Below are positions 1-5,886 of a DNA stretch of 10,076 nt, piece after piece. The stretch comes from a bacterium (lineage in GTDB: Bacteria; BMS3Abin14). The stretch is from NCBI GenBank assembly GCA_020349685.1, contig CP070698.1:1227522-1237597 (forward strand), in the 5' to 3' direction. Position 1 is the first letter of the stretch, and each line of letters starts with the position of its first letter. Both the position numbers and the translations under genes were made by a program. Under the pieces are notes generated by a model. That model searched no databases and was not told the DNA's origin. It was given only the letters and a program-made list of their open reading frames with translations.

Positions 1-1
1 C

Positions 2-100
2 GCCGACCCGAAGCGGCTCCTGCAGACCTACAAGGCCGGTTCCTGGGGACCCGAGGCCGCCGGGCAGCTCAAGGAGTTGATGGTGAAGCAGTGTCGTTAA
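2..100 (+). CDS. 3' end of an upstream gene (C-terminal 32 codons, ...DPKRLLQTYKAGSWGPEAAGQLKELMVKQCR*); product not recognisable
   Basis: The open frame runs from the window edge to TAA at 98-100. Third codon positions are mostly G/C, as in the confirmed genes. A perfect terminator hairpin follows immediately. The fragment is too short for a family assignment. Confidence 0.4.
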   Translation, partial: ADPKRLLQTYKAGSWGPEAAGQLKELMVKQCR

Positions 101-128
101 AATAACCGGGTACTCCCCGGTTATTTTA
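99..128. terminator. Symmetric, bidirectional rho-independent terminator hairpin between convergent genes
   Basis: AAATAACCGGG (99-110) pairs with CCCGGTTATTT (116-127) around a 5-nt loop TACTC, giving a perfect ~12-bp stem. An A-tract precedes it and a T-tract follows, so it reads as stem plus U-tract on either strand. It lies 1 nt after the + strand stop and ~85 nt after the - strand stop (214). Confidence 0.6.
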
Positions 129-130
129 AC

Positions 131-210
131 GGCAATCTCATATCTCATATCTCAAAGCTCATTAATATTCGGATCTAATTCTGAAATTTGAGATTTGAGA
201 TTTTTGTCTC
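131..210. repeat. AT-rich element: tandem heptamers TCTCATA/TCTCATA/TCTCAAA(/GCTCATT) at 136-163 and inverted copies TTTGAGA/TTTGAGA/TTTTTGT at 188-208, flanking a ~30-nt AT-rich spacer
   Basis: Read directly from the sequence. ATCTCATATCTCAAA (142-156) is the reverse complement of TTTGAGATTTGAGAT (187-201) with one mismatch, so a ~15-bp AU-rich stem with a ~30-nt loop is possible. The element is ~25% GC in a ~62% GC background. It sits in the 3' UTR of the - strand gene 214-990, upstream of the GC-rich terminator. Confidence 0.6.
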
Positions 211-213
211 GCT

Positions 214-990
214 CTAAATGTACGGCATCAGCAGCGCCGATCTCGAAAGATCCTCCCTCCCCTGCCGTACCGCTGCCTTGGCGAGGAACCGGCGCATGTC
301 CAGGCTGGCCATGCCAGGCTGGAGCTCTCCGGTCAGCCGCTCATAATCGGCCACTTCTTCCGGCGTGGCTTCCTCCTGGAGATATTCCCATATGGTTTCG
401 TAGGCGATGGCTGGTGCGCGGTCGTCCGGGTCCTCGGAAAAGGTTTCCTCAAGGATCAGATCGAACAGCATGAAGACCGATGCCTTCCCTCTCCCCTGGA
501 GGGTCTCGGTCAGGGAGCGGTACCTGCTGTACGATCGCTCCATGATAGTGAACCGGTAGATCCTCCAGAGGGCCTGGAGGATGTCCAGCTCGGTGTGTAC
601 GATGAGGACAGTGGATATCTCATGGAGGCATGTAAATTCACCTGGATCCCCGCTTTCGGGCAAGGGGACCCGGCCTGCGGGTCTGTCCTTTAACCACTCG
701 ACCTCCTTCAGTACATCCTCGGCAGTCACATCGGGCTCGTTCCAGTGTTCAGGATCGATATCCCGGCGGTCGATGAGAGTGGCGTGGGGGATGGCACGGA
801 GGATCATTTCCTCCACCAGCCTGCGATGCCTGGCGTAAAGCTGTCCCCTCCGCCCGTTGTAGCGGAAAGCGTCCGGGTGCTCCATGGGCTCATCGGTACC
901 CAGTGAATTGAAGAGCTTGTGCAGAAAATCGTGCTCCTGCACGATGATATCGTCGCTGAGGAATTTGGGATGGACAAGGTGGATTTTCAT
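214..990 (-). CDS. Pyrimidine-dimer DNA glycosylase / endonuclease V-like protein (T4 DenV, Pyr_excise family) with a ~120-aa acidic C-terminal extension
   Basis: 258-aa ORF starting at ATG 990 and ending at TAG. GGAG lies 8 nt upstream (rc of 992-1008 = AAAAAACGGAGTTTTTTT-ATG). The N-terminus MKIHLVHPKFLSDDIIVQEHDFLHKLF...FRYNGRRGQLYARHRRLVEEMILRAIPH aligns by eye with T4 endoV ([26 protein letters not shown]...[25 protein letters not shown]) and with bacterial Pyr_excise proteins (MRLWSLHPKYLD...). The C-terminal half is Glu/Asp-rich and unassigned. Confidence 0.55.
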   Translation of the reverse strand: MKIHLVHPKFLSDDIIVQEHDFLHKLFNSLGTDEPMEHPDAFRYNGRRGQLYARHRRLVEEMILRAIPHATLIDRRDIDPEHWNEPDVTAEDVLKEVEWLKDRPAGRVPLPESGDPGEFTCLHEISTVLIVHTELDILQALWRIYRFTIMERSYSRYRSLTETLQGRGKASVFMLFDLILEETFSEDPDDRAPAIAYETIWEYLQEEATPEEVADYERLTGELQPGMASLDMRRFLAKAAVRQGREDLSRSALLMPYI

Positions 991-991
991 A

Positions 992-1008
992 AAAAAACTC
1001 CGTTTTTT
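992..1008 (-). promoter_or_regulatory. Ribosome-binding site of gene 214-990 embedded in an A6C-GGA-GT6 mini-palindrome
   Basis: + strand AAAAAAC-TCC-GTTTTTT. On the - strand, GGAG sits in the 3-nt loop region of a 7-bp A/U stem directly 5' of the ATG. Confidence 0.4.
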
Positions 1009-1095
1009 CAGTTTCGGGTTTGGAATTACACTTGCTTTAATTCGGGCCTTGAGAACGGACAGTAACGCATGGTGTCACCTGTTCTTCCTAATTGG

Positions 1096-1127
1096 ATTCC
1101 GGCTCACGGCCCAGCCGTGTCCGGAAT
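1096..1127. other. GC-rich near-perfect palindrome ATTCCGG-CTCACGGC-CCA-GCCGTGT-CCGGAAT
   Basis: Outer 7-bp arms ATTCCGG/CCGGAAT are perfect. Inner CACGGC/GCCGTG arms (6 bp) surround a 3-nt loop, with one mismatch and one bulge. No U-tract lies on either side. It is ~105 nt downstream of the membrane-protein gene stop (1230) and ~106-137 nt upstream of the start of gene 214-990. Confidence 0.5.
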
Positions 1128-1140
1128 GACGCGTGATGCC

Positions 1141-1172
1141 CCCATGCTCCCATGCGCCCAAGCGCCCATGCA
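1141..1172. repeat. Four tandem 8-bp direct repeats CCCATGCT / CCCATGCG / CCCAAGCG / CCCATGCA
   Basis: Read directly. The four units are contiguous and sit in the intergenic region between two - strand genes, i.e. the promoter-distal region of the denV-like gene. Confidence 0.6.
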
Positions 1173-1229
1173 TAAAGCTTCTTCCCCGCGTCGCCGCGTC
1201 TCCGTGTCAGGTTGTCCGCCCGCGCGCGG

Positions 1230-2033
1230 CTACCGCCGCCGCCCCCGCGGTCTCCTTGGACCCGGACGGACGGTGACGTTCCCGCTCTGGCGTGCCTCCC
1301 TTTCCTGCGAGATCTCCTTCTCCACGGCCTTCTCCAGCGTGTCCTTCTGGAATTTCAGCTCCTCTTTCTGTTTTCTCAGCCACTCCTCCTGGTCGTCGGC
1401 CTGATTTCCTTTGGTTTGTCCCTTTTGCGGCCTTCGCCCCTTGTCCGCCATAGCCTTGGCGTCGGCGGATGCGCCCTGTGCCCTGTCCACATGGCGCCTC
1501 CCGGCCGGCCGGTCCTTGACCCGGTCAGGGAAGGACCTGACTTCAAGGACCTTGTTCCCCTCCCGAGCCATCCCCTCATCCCCCGAAGGAGACCCAAACC
1601 GGGTCAGGAAAAAGATGCCCATGAGAACCAGAAAAACACCCGCGCCCGCGTACAGAACCTGAAGGCCCGCCAGGTCCCGGGACATCACCAGTCCCAGGAA
1701 GGCCAGGGGCAGGATGATGGAAACGAAGGTCAGCACCTTTGTCCTCAGCTGGAAAAGGTTCTTTACCGTCATCCACTGGGGCGCCGGAATGTCCACCACG
1801 AAAAGGGATCCTATGGCCACAGCCAGAAAGTACAGGAAGGCCGCTCTGATGAAATAGGGCACGACGGTGATCCCGCTGCCCGGATCCATGACGAAACCGC
1901 CCGTTACAGCAAGATCCGCCAGCCGCACGAGGCCTCGTCCCAGGGATCCCAGCGCCAGAAGGGCGAGAGCCAGGGCTGCCAGGGCGAAGAGGTACCGCAG
2001 ACCTGCCATAAAGGAACCGAATGCGCGCATCAT
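1230..2033 (-). CDS. Integral membrane protein (4 predicted TM helices) with a Lys/Glu/Arg-rich coiled-coil-like C-terminal tail; third gene of the nfeD-stomatin operon
   Basis: 267-aa ORF with ATGATG at 2033/2030. It begins 25 nt after the stomatin stop (2058) on the same strand. Hydrophobic segments are LRYLFALAALALALLALGSLG, PYFIRAAFLYFLAVAIGSLFVV, VLTFVSIILPLAFLGLVM and VLYAGAGVFLVLMGIFFL. The C-terminus QEEWLRKQKEELKFQKDTLEKAVEKEISQEREARQ...RPRGRRR is highly charged. The SD is weak, so translational coupling is possible. Confidence 0.7.
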   Translation of the reverse strand: MMRAFGSFMAGLRYLFALAALALALLALGSLGRGLVRLADLAVTGGFVMDPGSGITVVPYFIRAAFLYFLAVAIGSLFVVDIPAPQWMTVKNLFQLRTKVLTFVSIILPLAFLGLVMSRDLAGLQVLYAGAGVFLVLMGIFFLTRFGSPSGDEGMAREGNKVLEVRSFPDRVKDRPAGRRHVDRAQGASADAKAMADKGRRPQKGQTKGNQADDQEEWLRKQKEELKFQKDTLEKAVEKEISQEREARQSGNVTVRPGPRRPRGRRR

Positions 2034-2057
2034 GTTGTGTGGGACCTGCCTTTCTGC

Positions 2058-2840
2058 CTACTTGTCGTCTTCTCCGCCTGCCTTGTTCAGCACCTTCATG
2101 AAGCCGGTTACAAGGTCCATGGGGATCGGGAAGAGAGTCGTTGAATTATTCTCCGTGGCAATCTCCCTGAGCGTCTGCAGGTATCTGAGCTGGATGGCCT
2201 GGGAGTTGGTGGAGAGGACGTCGGCCGCCATTGCCAGTTTTTCGGATGCCTGGTGCTCACCCTCAGCGGCGATGACCTTGGCACGCCGTTCCCTCTCGGC
2301 TTCTGCCTGTTTGGCCATGGCCCGCTGCATCTCCGTGGGAAGGTCCACGTGCTTGATCTCCACCGTGGTCACCTTGACGCCCCAGGGATCGGTAGCCTGA
2401 TCCAGGATCTCCTGAAGCTGGTGGTTGATCTTCTCCCGCTCGGAGAGGAGATCGTCCAGTTCCACCTGGCCCAGGACGCTTCTGAGGGTCGTCTGGGCCA
2501 GCTGGCTTGTCGCGTAGTAGAAATCCTCCACCTCGACAATAGCCCTGGACGGGTCCATGACCCGGAAGTAGACCACCGCGTTGACCTTCACCGAGACGTT
2601 GTCCCTGGTGATGATGTCCTGGGGGGGGACATCCATGGTAACGAGCCGCAGGCTCACCCTCACAGCTCGCTCGATGAAGATGATCACCAGGGTGATCCCG
2701 GGACCCCTTGAACCTACCAGGCGGCCGAGGCGAAACACGACCAGCCTCTCATATTCGGTTACGATCTTGATACTGGCCAAAACGGCAAGGAAGACGAGGA
2801 CAAGAGCAATGACCAAAGGATTTGCAAACACGAAAGGCAT
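2058..2840 (-). CDS. Stomatin-like SPFH/band-7 family protein (prokaryotic stomatin, YbbK/QmcA/PH1511-like)
   Basis: 260-aa ORF starting at ATG 2840 with GGGGG SD (rc: GAAAAGGGGGTATAAA-ATG). It has an N-terminal TM helix and then [16 protein letters not shown]...[82 protein letters not shown]...[40 protein letters not shown], a textbook stomatin/SPFH core plus Ala/Glu-rich coiled coil. Confidence 0.92.
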   Translation of the reverse strand: MPFVFANPLVIALVLVFLAVLASIKIVTEYERLVVFRLGRLVGSRGPGITLVIIFIERAVRVSLRLVTMDVPPQDIITRDNVSVKVNAVVYFRVMDPSRAIVEVEDFYYATSQLAQTTLRSVLGQVELDDLLSEREKINHQLQEILDQATDPWGVKVTTVEIKHVDLPTEMQRAMAKQAEAERERRAKVIAAEGEHQASEKLAMAADVLSTNSQAIQLRYLQTLREIATENNSTTLFPIPMDLVTGFMKVLNKAGGEDDK

Positions 2841-2907
2841 TTTATACCCCCTTTTCGCTACCAGACGCCGTACGGCTCCATCTCAAGGGAGCAGAACCTC
2901 CCGGACG

Positions 2908-4350
2908 TCATGATTTCTCCTCTTTTTCGACGCCGACCTGAAGCACCATCCCATCCAGACCCAGAACGACGACTTGGTCCCCTATGCTGATGGGCTCCTT
3001 GCTCGAAGCGGACCAGATCTCACCTCGAACCCTGACTTTCCCGGCGTTCTTGATGTCCGTGGTTGCGACACCGCGCTCCCCGATCATCCCCTCCGCGCCT
3101 GTTGTCGGTTTTCTGCTCTGGCTCCTGATAACCAGTGTCAATCCCACAACGATGAAAAGAGCGGTCGTGAGGGTAAACGCCAGGATGAGAGACAAGGAAA
3201 CTTTCAGATACGGTTCCCCCGTCTCAAAGAGCATCATGCTCCCGAGAAACAGGGAAATGGCTCCACCCACGGAAAGCATACCATAGGAAACGACTTTCAC
3301 CTCCAGGATAAAGAGGACGATGGCCAGGATAATAAGGAGAAATCCGGCGTAATTGATGGGAAGGACCTGGAACGAGAAAAAAGCCAGGACGAGGAAGATC
3401 CCCCCGAGAACCCCCGGCAGGATGACTCCCGGGTTCGCCAGTTCGAAGAAAAGACCGTAGATCCCCAGCATCATGAGGATATAGGCGATGTTGGGGTCGG
3501 ACAGGGAGGACAGGATGCGGTGCCTGAAGCCCATGAGCCGATCCATCACCTCGGCACCCTTGACGGCCAGCACGACCTCCTCACCTGAGATCTTTACTTT
3601 CCTTCCATCGACAGCCGCGAGAAGGTCGTCCACGTCTTCCGCTATAAGATCGATCACGTTGAGTTCGAGAGCCTCGGTCTCTGTCACCGACACGCTTTCC
3701 CTGACGGCTTTTTCAGCCCATTCGGCGTTGCGGCCCTGTTTTTCGGCAATGGACTTTGCGAAAGCCACCGTGTCGTTGATGACCTTCTGCGCCATCACAC
3801 TCTCATCGGTTTCTGCAGGTTTTTTCTCCCCCTCTCCCTCTCGCCCCGTCTCCCCCTCGGGTTTCCCCTCCTCTCCCTCTCCTTTATCCTTTTCCTCCTC
3901 CTTTTTCGGGCTGAAAGGGTTCCCCCCCCCAATATTGACCGGGTGGGCCGCTCCTATATTGGTCCCGGGAGCCATGGCTGCCACGTGGGCCGACATGGTG
4001 ATGAACACCCCGGCCGAAGCCGCCCTGGCGCCGGGAGGGGCGACGTGAACAGCGACAGGGACCTGGGAACCGAGGATGCTTTTTACGATCTCCCGGGTGG
4101 ATGTCATCAGCCCGCCAGGGGTGTCGAGCTGGATGATGATCAGATCCAGCTTTTGTTCGGCAGCCTTTTCGATGTTCTTCTGGATGTAGTCGGCGCTCAC
4201 CGGGCTGATGGGGCCGTCAACGACGATCCTTGCCACCACGGGACGGCCGGCCCCGGCCGTGTCTTCCTCGGCCGCCGTAAGGGACGAGGCCAGCGGGACA
4301 GCCAGCGTAAGGATTAGAAAAAGGGTCAAACGCCAGGATCTTATTGTCAT
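2908..4350 (-). CDS. Long-form NfeD / STOPP: membrane-bound ClpP-class serine protease with multi-TM region and C-terminal NfeD OB-fold domain
   Basis: 480-aa ORF starting at ATG 4350 with GGGAGG SD (rc: TTTTTGGGAGGTAATCAGAA-ATG). It has a signal/TM N-terminus and a ClpP-like domain (VVARIVVDGPISPVSADYIQKNIEKAAEQ...IIIQLDTPGGLMTSTREIV...VAPPGARAASAGVFITMSAHVAAMAPGTNIGAAHPV). Five or so TM helices follow, then the C-terminal beta-barrel motif GAEGMIGERGVATTDI...GKVRVRGEIWSASS...ISIGDQVVVLGLDGMVLQV. It sits directly upstream of the stomatin gene, which is the conserved nfeD-stomatin operon. It contains an unusual acidic low-complexity insert (see below). Confidence 0.9.
   Translation of the reverse strand: MTIRSWRLTLFLILTLAVPLASSLTAAEEDTAGAGRPVVARIVVDGPISPVSADYIQKNIEKAAEQKLDLIIIQLDTPGGLMTSTREIVKSILGSQVPVAVHVAPPGARAASAGVFITMSAHVAAMAPGTNIGAAHPVNIGGGNPFSPKKEEEKDKGEGEEGKPEGETGREGEGEKKPAETDESVMAQKVINDTVAFAKSIAEKQGRNAEWAEKAVRESVSVTETEALELNVIDLIAEDVDDLLAAVDGRKVKISGEEVVLAVKGAEVMDRLMGFRHRILSSLSDPNIAYILMMLGIYGLFFELANPGVILPGVLGGIFLVLAFFSFQVLPINYAGFLLIILAIVLFILEVKVVSYGMLSVGGAISLFLGSMMLFETGEPYLKVSLSLILAFTLTTALFIVVGLTLVIRSQSRKPTTGAEGMIGERGVATTDIKNAGKVRVRGEIWSASSKEPISIGDQVVVLGLDGMVLQVGVEKEEKS
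3820..3931. repeat. ~90-nt homopyrimidine (C/T) tract on the + strand followed by a C9 homopolymer (3922-3930), inside the nfeD coding sequence
   Basis: Read directly: ttttttctccccctctccctctcgccccgtctccccctcgggtttcccctcctctccctctcctttatccttttcctcctcctttttcggg...tccccccccc. On the coding strand this is a GA-rich tract encoding KKEEEKDKGEGEEGKPEGETGREGEGEKKPAETDE, and G9 encoding GGG in ...NIGGGNPF.... Confidence 0.7.
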
Positions 4351-4560
4351 TTCTGATTACCTCCCAAAAAGTCTCCTCGAATCATTTTGAGAGCCGGTCA
4401 CGCCGAGGCGTGATCCTCCCAGCGGCATGACCGTTCGGCAAGCTCACGGCCCTGAGCTTCGTCGAAAGGTCGAGCGAGCGGAGCAGACCCGCCCGGCTGG
4501 ACCCACAGCCCTGGTAAAACGTTACCCACAACTCCAGCACGTTGAAGTTTCTCAAGTCCG

Positions 4561-5871
4561 TCAGATCTTTACTCCCAGGCTCGAGATCGGGACGGCAAGC
4601 CCCCGCGGCCCCACGAGATCGGGACCTCTTTTCCTGAAAGGAACCAGAAGCAGGGACTGCTTTGTCCCTTTTCTGGGAAATCTGCTTCTCGAGCTTGTAT
4701 TTGCGACGACATCGGCCATTTCGTCCGCCCCGTCTGCCGGCAGGCCCACCGGGAAAGGCTTCAACCGGAGTCTGTCCTGGTAGGGAATATTGCCTGCCTT
4801 GAAATCAGCATGGTAGTACCGCGCTGAGAGATTGTAAAGAAGGCGCGGCGAACGGACTTTGAAAGCGGGCACATAAAGGTTCCTGCTGTCCGAGCGGCGA
4901 AGCCAGAAGGGCATAAACAGTGTGGAAGGGTCCTTGAAGGAATCCGGACTGCCCGCCCAGAGGCATTCCTTTTCCCTCAACTCACCCCTGGAGGTCTCCC
5001 ATCCCCTGGCGCAGGAGTGGCAGAACCTGAGGTGGGCGGTGGGATCCGGGTCCAGGTCCCCAGCGCATTCCGGACAGATAAGGGAGGCCAGTTTAAGGCG
5101 CGTTTCACCCGGTGACCTGCTCTCCTTAAGACCGAGGTTGTCCAAGAGCGTCTCCATCTCCTCGTGCCTGAGCTGCCTGATGAGGCCGCCTCCGACGGCA
5201 TCGATGAGCAAAAGCCTGATGTTGTTCCCCTCCCGGATCTCTACAAGCGACAAGGGAAAATAGAGGACCGAATTCTTTTCCCACAGCCGGAACATCTTTT
5301 CCTCCACGACCCTCAAGCCTGGATCGGGCATGCCGTCGAAAAAATCGTCCTCCATCTTCCGGCTGTGTACCTCCCTCTCCTTTTGAACGGGAGCGAAGGG
5401 CAGCTTTCCGGCATTTTCCCGGGTCGCCAGCGAGAGGTTGAGCGACTGGGTCCTGAACCCCGGGGAAAAGAGACCAGGCGACAGGTCCATGTGGGCCGGA
5501 CGCATGAGGTCTACCGGGCGAGTCAAAAGCCTCGTCTGGCTGGTCCTGTCCGGACCGGTCCCTGTCTGGTGACCGACCACCCACCGGATGGCGTGTCCCG
5601 TGGTCCTGTAAAAAGGGAAATAGAACGGGATGACCGATCGGAGGAGAGGCGGTTTCCAACCGTTCTTCATGGCGATGCTCGTGACTTCGTGAGCCATTTC
5701 CCGAACATCTATCTTGGGCTTTATGAGGAAGTTAAGCCAGGCTGCCCCGGTTCCCAGGACCATGAGCCCCGCACCGCAGTATCTGCACCTGGTGCCGGTG
5801 GCTTCCTGGTCGAAAACCACCTCACCGCCGCATTGAGGGCAGTGATGACTGACGTAACAGGGGCGGTTCAC
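4561..5871 (-). CDS. Hypothetical protein with two Cys4 zinc ribbons and no recognisable conserved domain; distal gene of the 4-gene cluster
   Basis: 436-aa ORF starting at GTG 5871 (rc of cac 5869-5871), 15 nt after the Band_7_1 stop (TAG 5887-5889). The N-terminal ribbon is CPQCGGEVVFDQEATGTRCRYCG and the second is CPECAGDLDPDPTAHLRFCHSCARGW. Third positions are G/C-biased, consistent with coding. The SD is only a weak AGGAA ~13 nt upstream. The overlapping + strand 624-aa ORF is judged an antisense artefact. Confidence 0.65.
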   Translation of the reverse strand: MNRPCYVSHHCPQCGGEVVFDQEATGTRCRYCGAGLMVLGTGAAWLNFLIKPKIDVREMAHEVTSIAMKNGWKPPLLRSVIPFYFPFYRTTGHAIRWVVGHQTGTGPDRTSQTRLLTRPVDLMRPAHMDLSPGLFSPGFRTQSLNLSLATRENAGKLPFAPVQKEREVHSRKMEDDFFDGMPDPGLRVVEEKMFRLWEKNSVLYFPLSLVEIREGNNIRLLLIDAVGGGLIRQLRHEEMETLLDNLGLKESRSPGETRLKLASLICPECAGDLDPDPTAHLRFCHSCARGWETSRGELREKECLWAGSPDSFKDPSTLFMPFWLRRSDSRNLYVPAFKVRSPRLLYNLSARYYHADFKAGNIPYQDRLRLKPFPVGLPADGADEMADVVANTSSRSRFPRKGTKQSLLLVPFRKRGPDLVGPRGLAVPISSLGVKI

Positions 5872-5886
5872 TGTCAGGACACATTC

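Noticed and set aside
992-1008. A6C-GGA-GT6 hairpin as an RNA thermometer (fourU-like) sequestering the SD
   Set aside because: The SD GGAG falls in the loop rather than the stem, so sequestration is not supported. It is noted only as RBS context.
991-1090. Sigma54 (TGGCAC-N5-TTGC) or clear sigma70 promoter for the denV-like gene, and for the - strand operons at 4371-4560 and 8083-8337
   Set aside because: Only weak partial matches by eye (for example TGACAC..GTTAC). I could not support specific -35/-10 calls, so none are reported beyond the glmU promoter.
131-1172. CRISPR array or tRNA in the repeat-containing intergenic regions
   Set aside because: The repeat units are only 7-8 bp with no 28-37-bp repeats or regular spacers. 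No cloverleaf or GTTCRANYC T-loop motifs were found in any intergenic region.
1212-2144. 310-aa + strand ORF, plus the small ORFs at 1376-1597, 1411-1662, 1576-1776 and 1867-2400
   Set aside because: They are antisense to, or frame-shifted within, the membrane-protein and stomatin genes. They are Pro/Arg-rich, have no SD, and show no domain signal.
2974-4317. + strand ORFs at 2974-3588, 2984-3286, 3488-4048, 3943-4317 and 2253-2711 / 2581-2913
   Set aside because: All are antisense to the well-supported nfeD and stomatin genes. The low-complexity S/P/R-rich translations are generated by the opposite-strand GA-rich tract.
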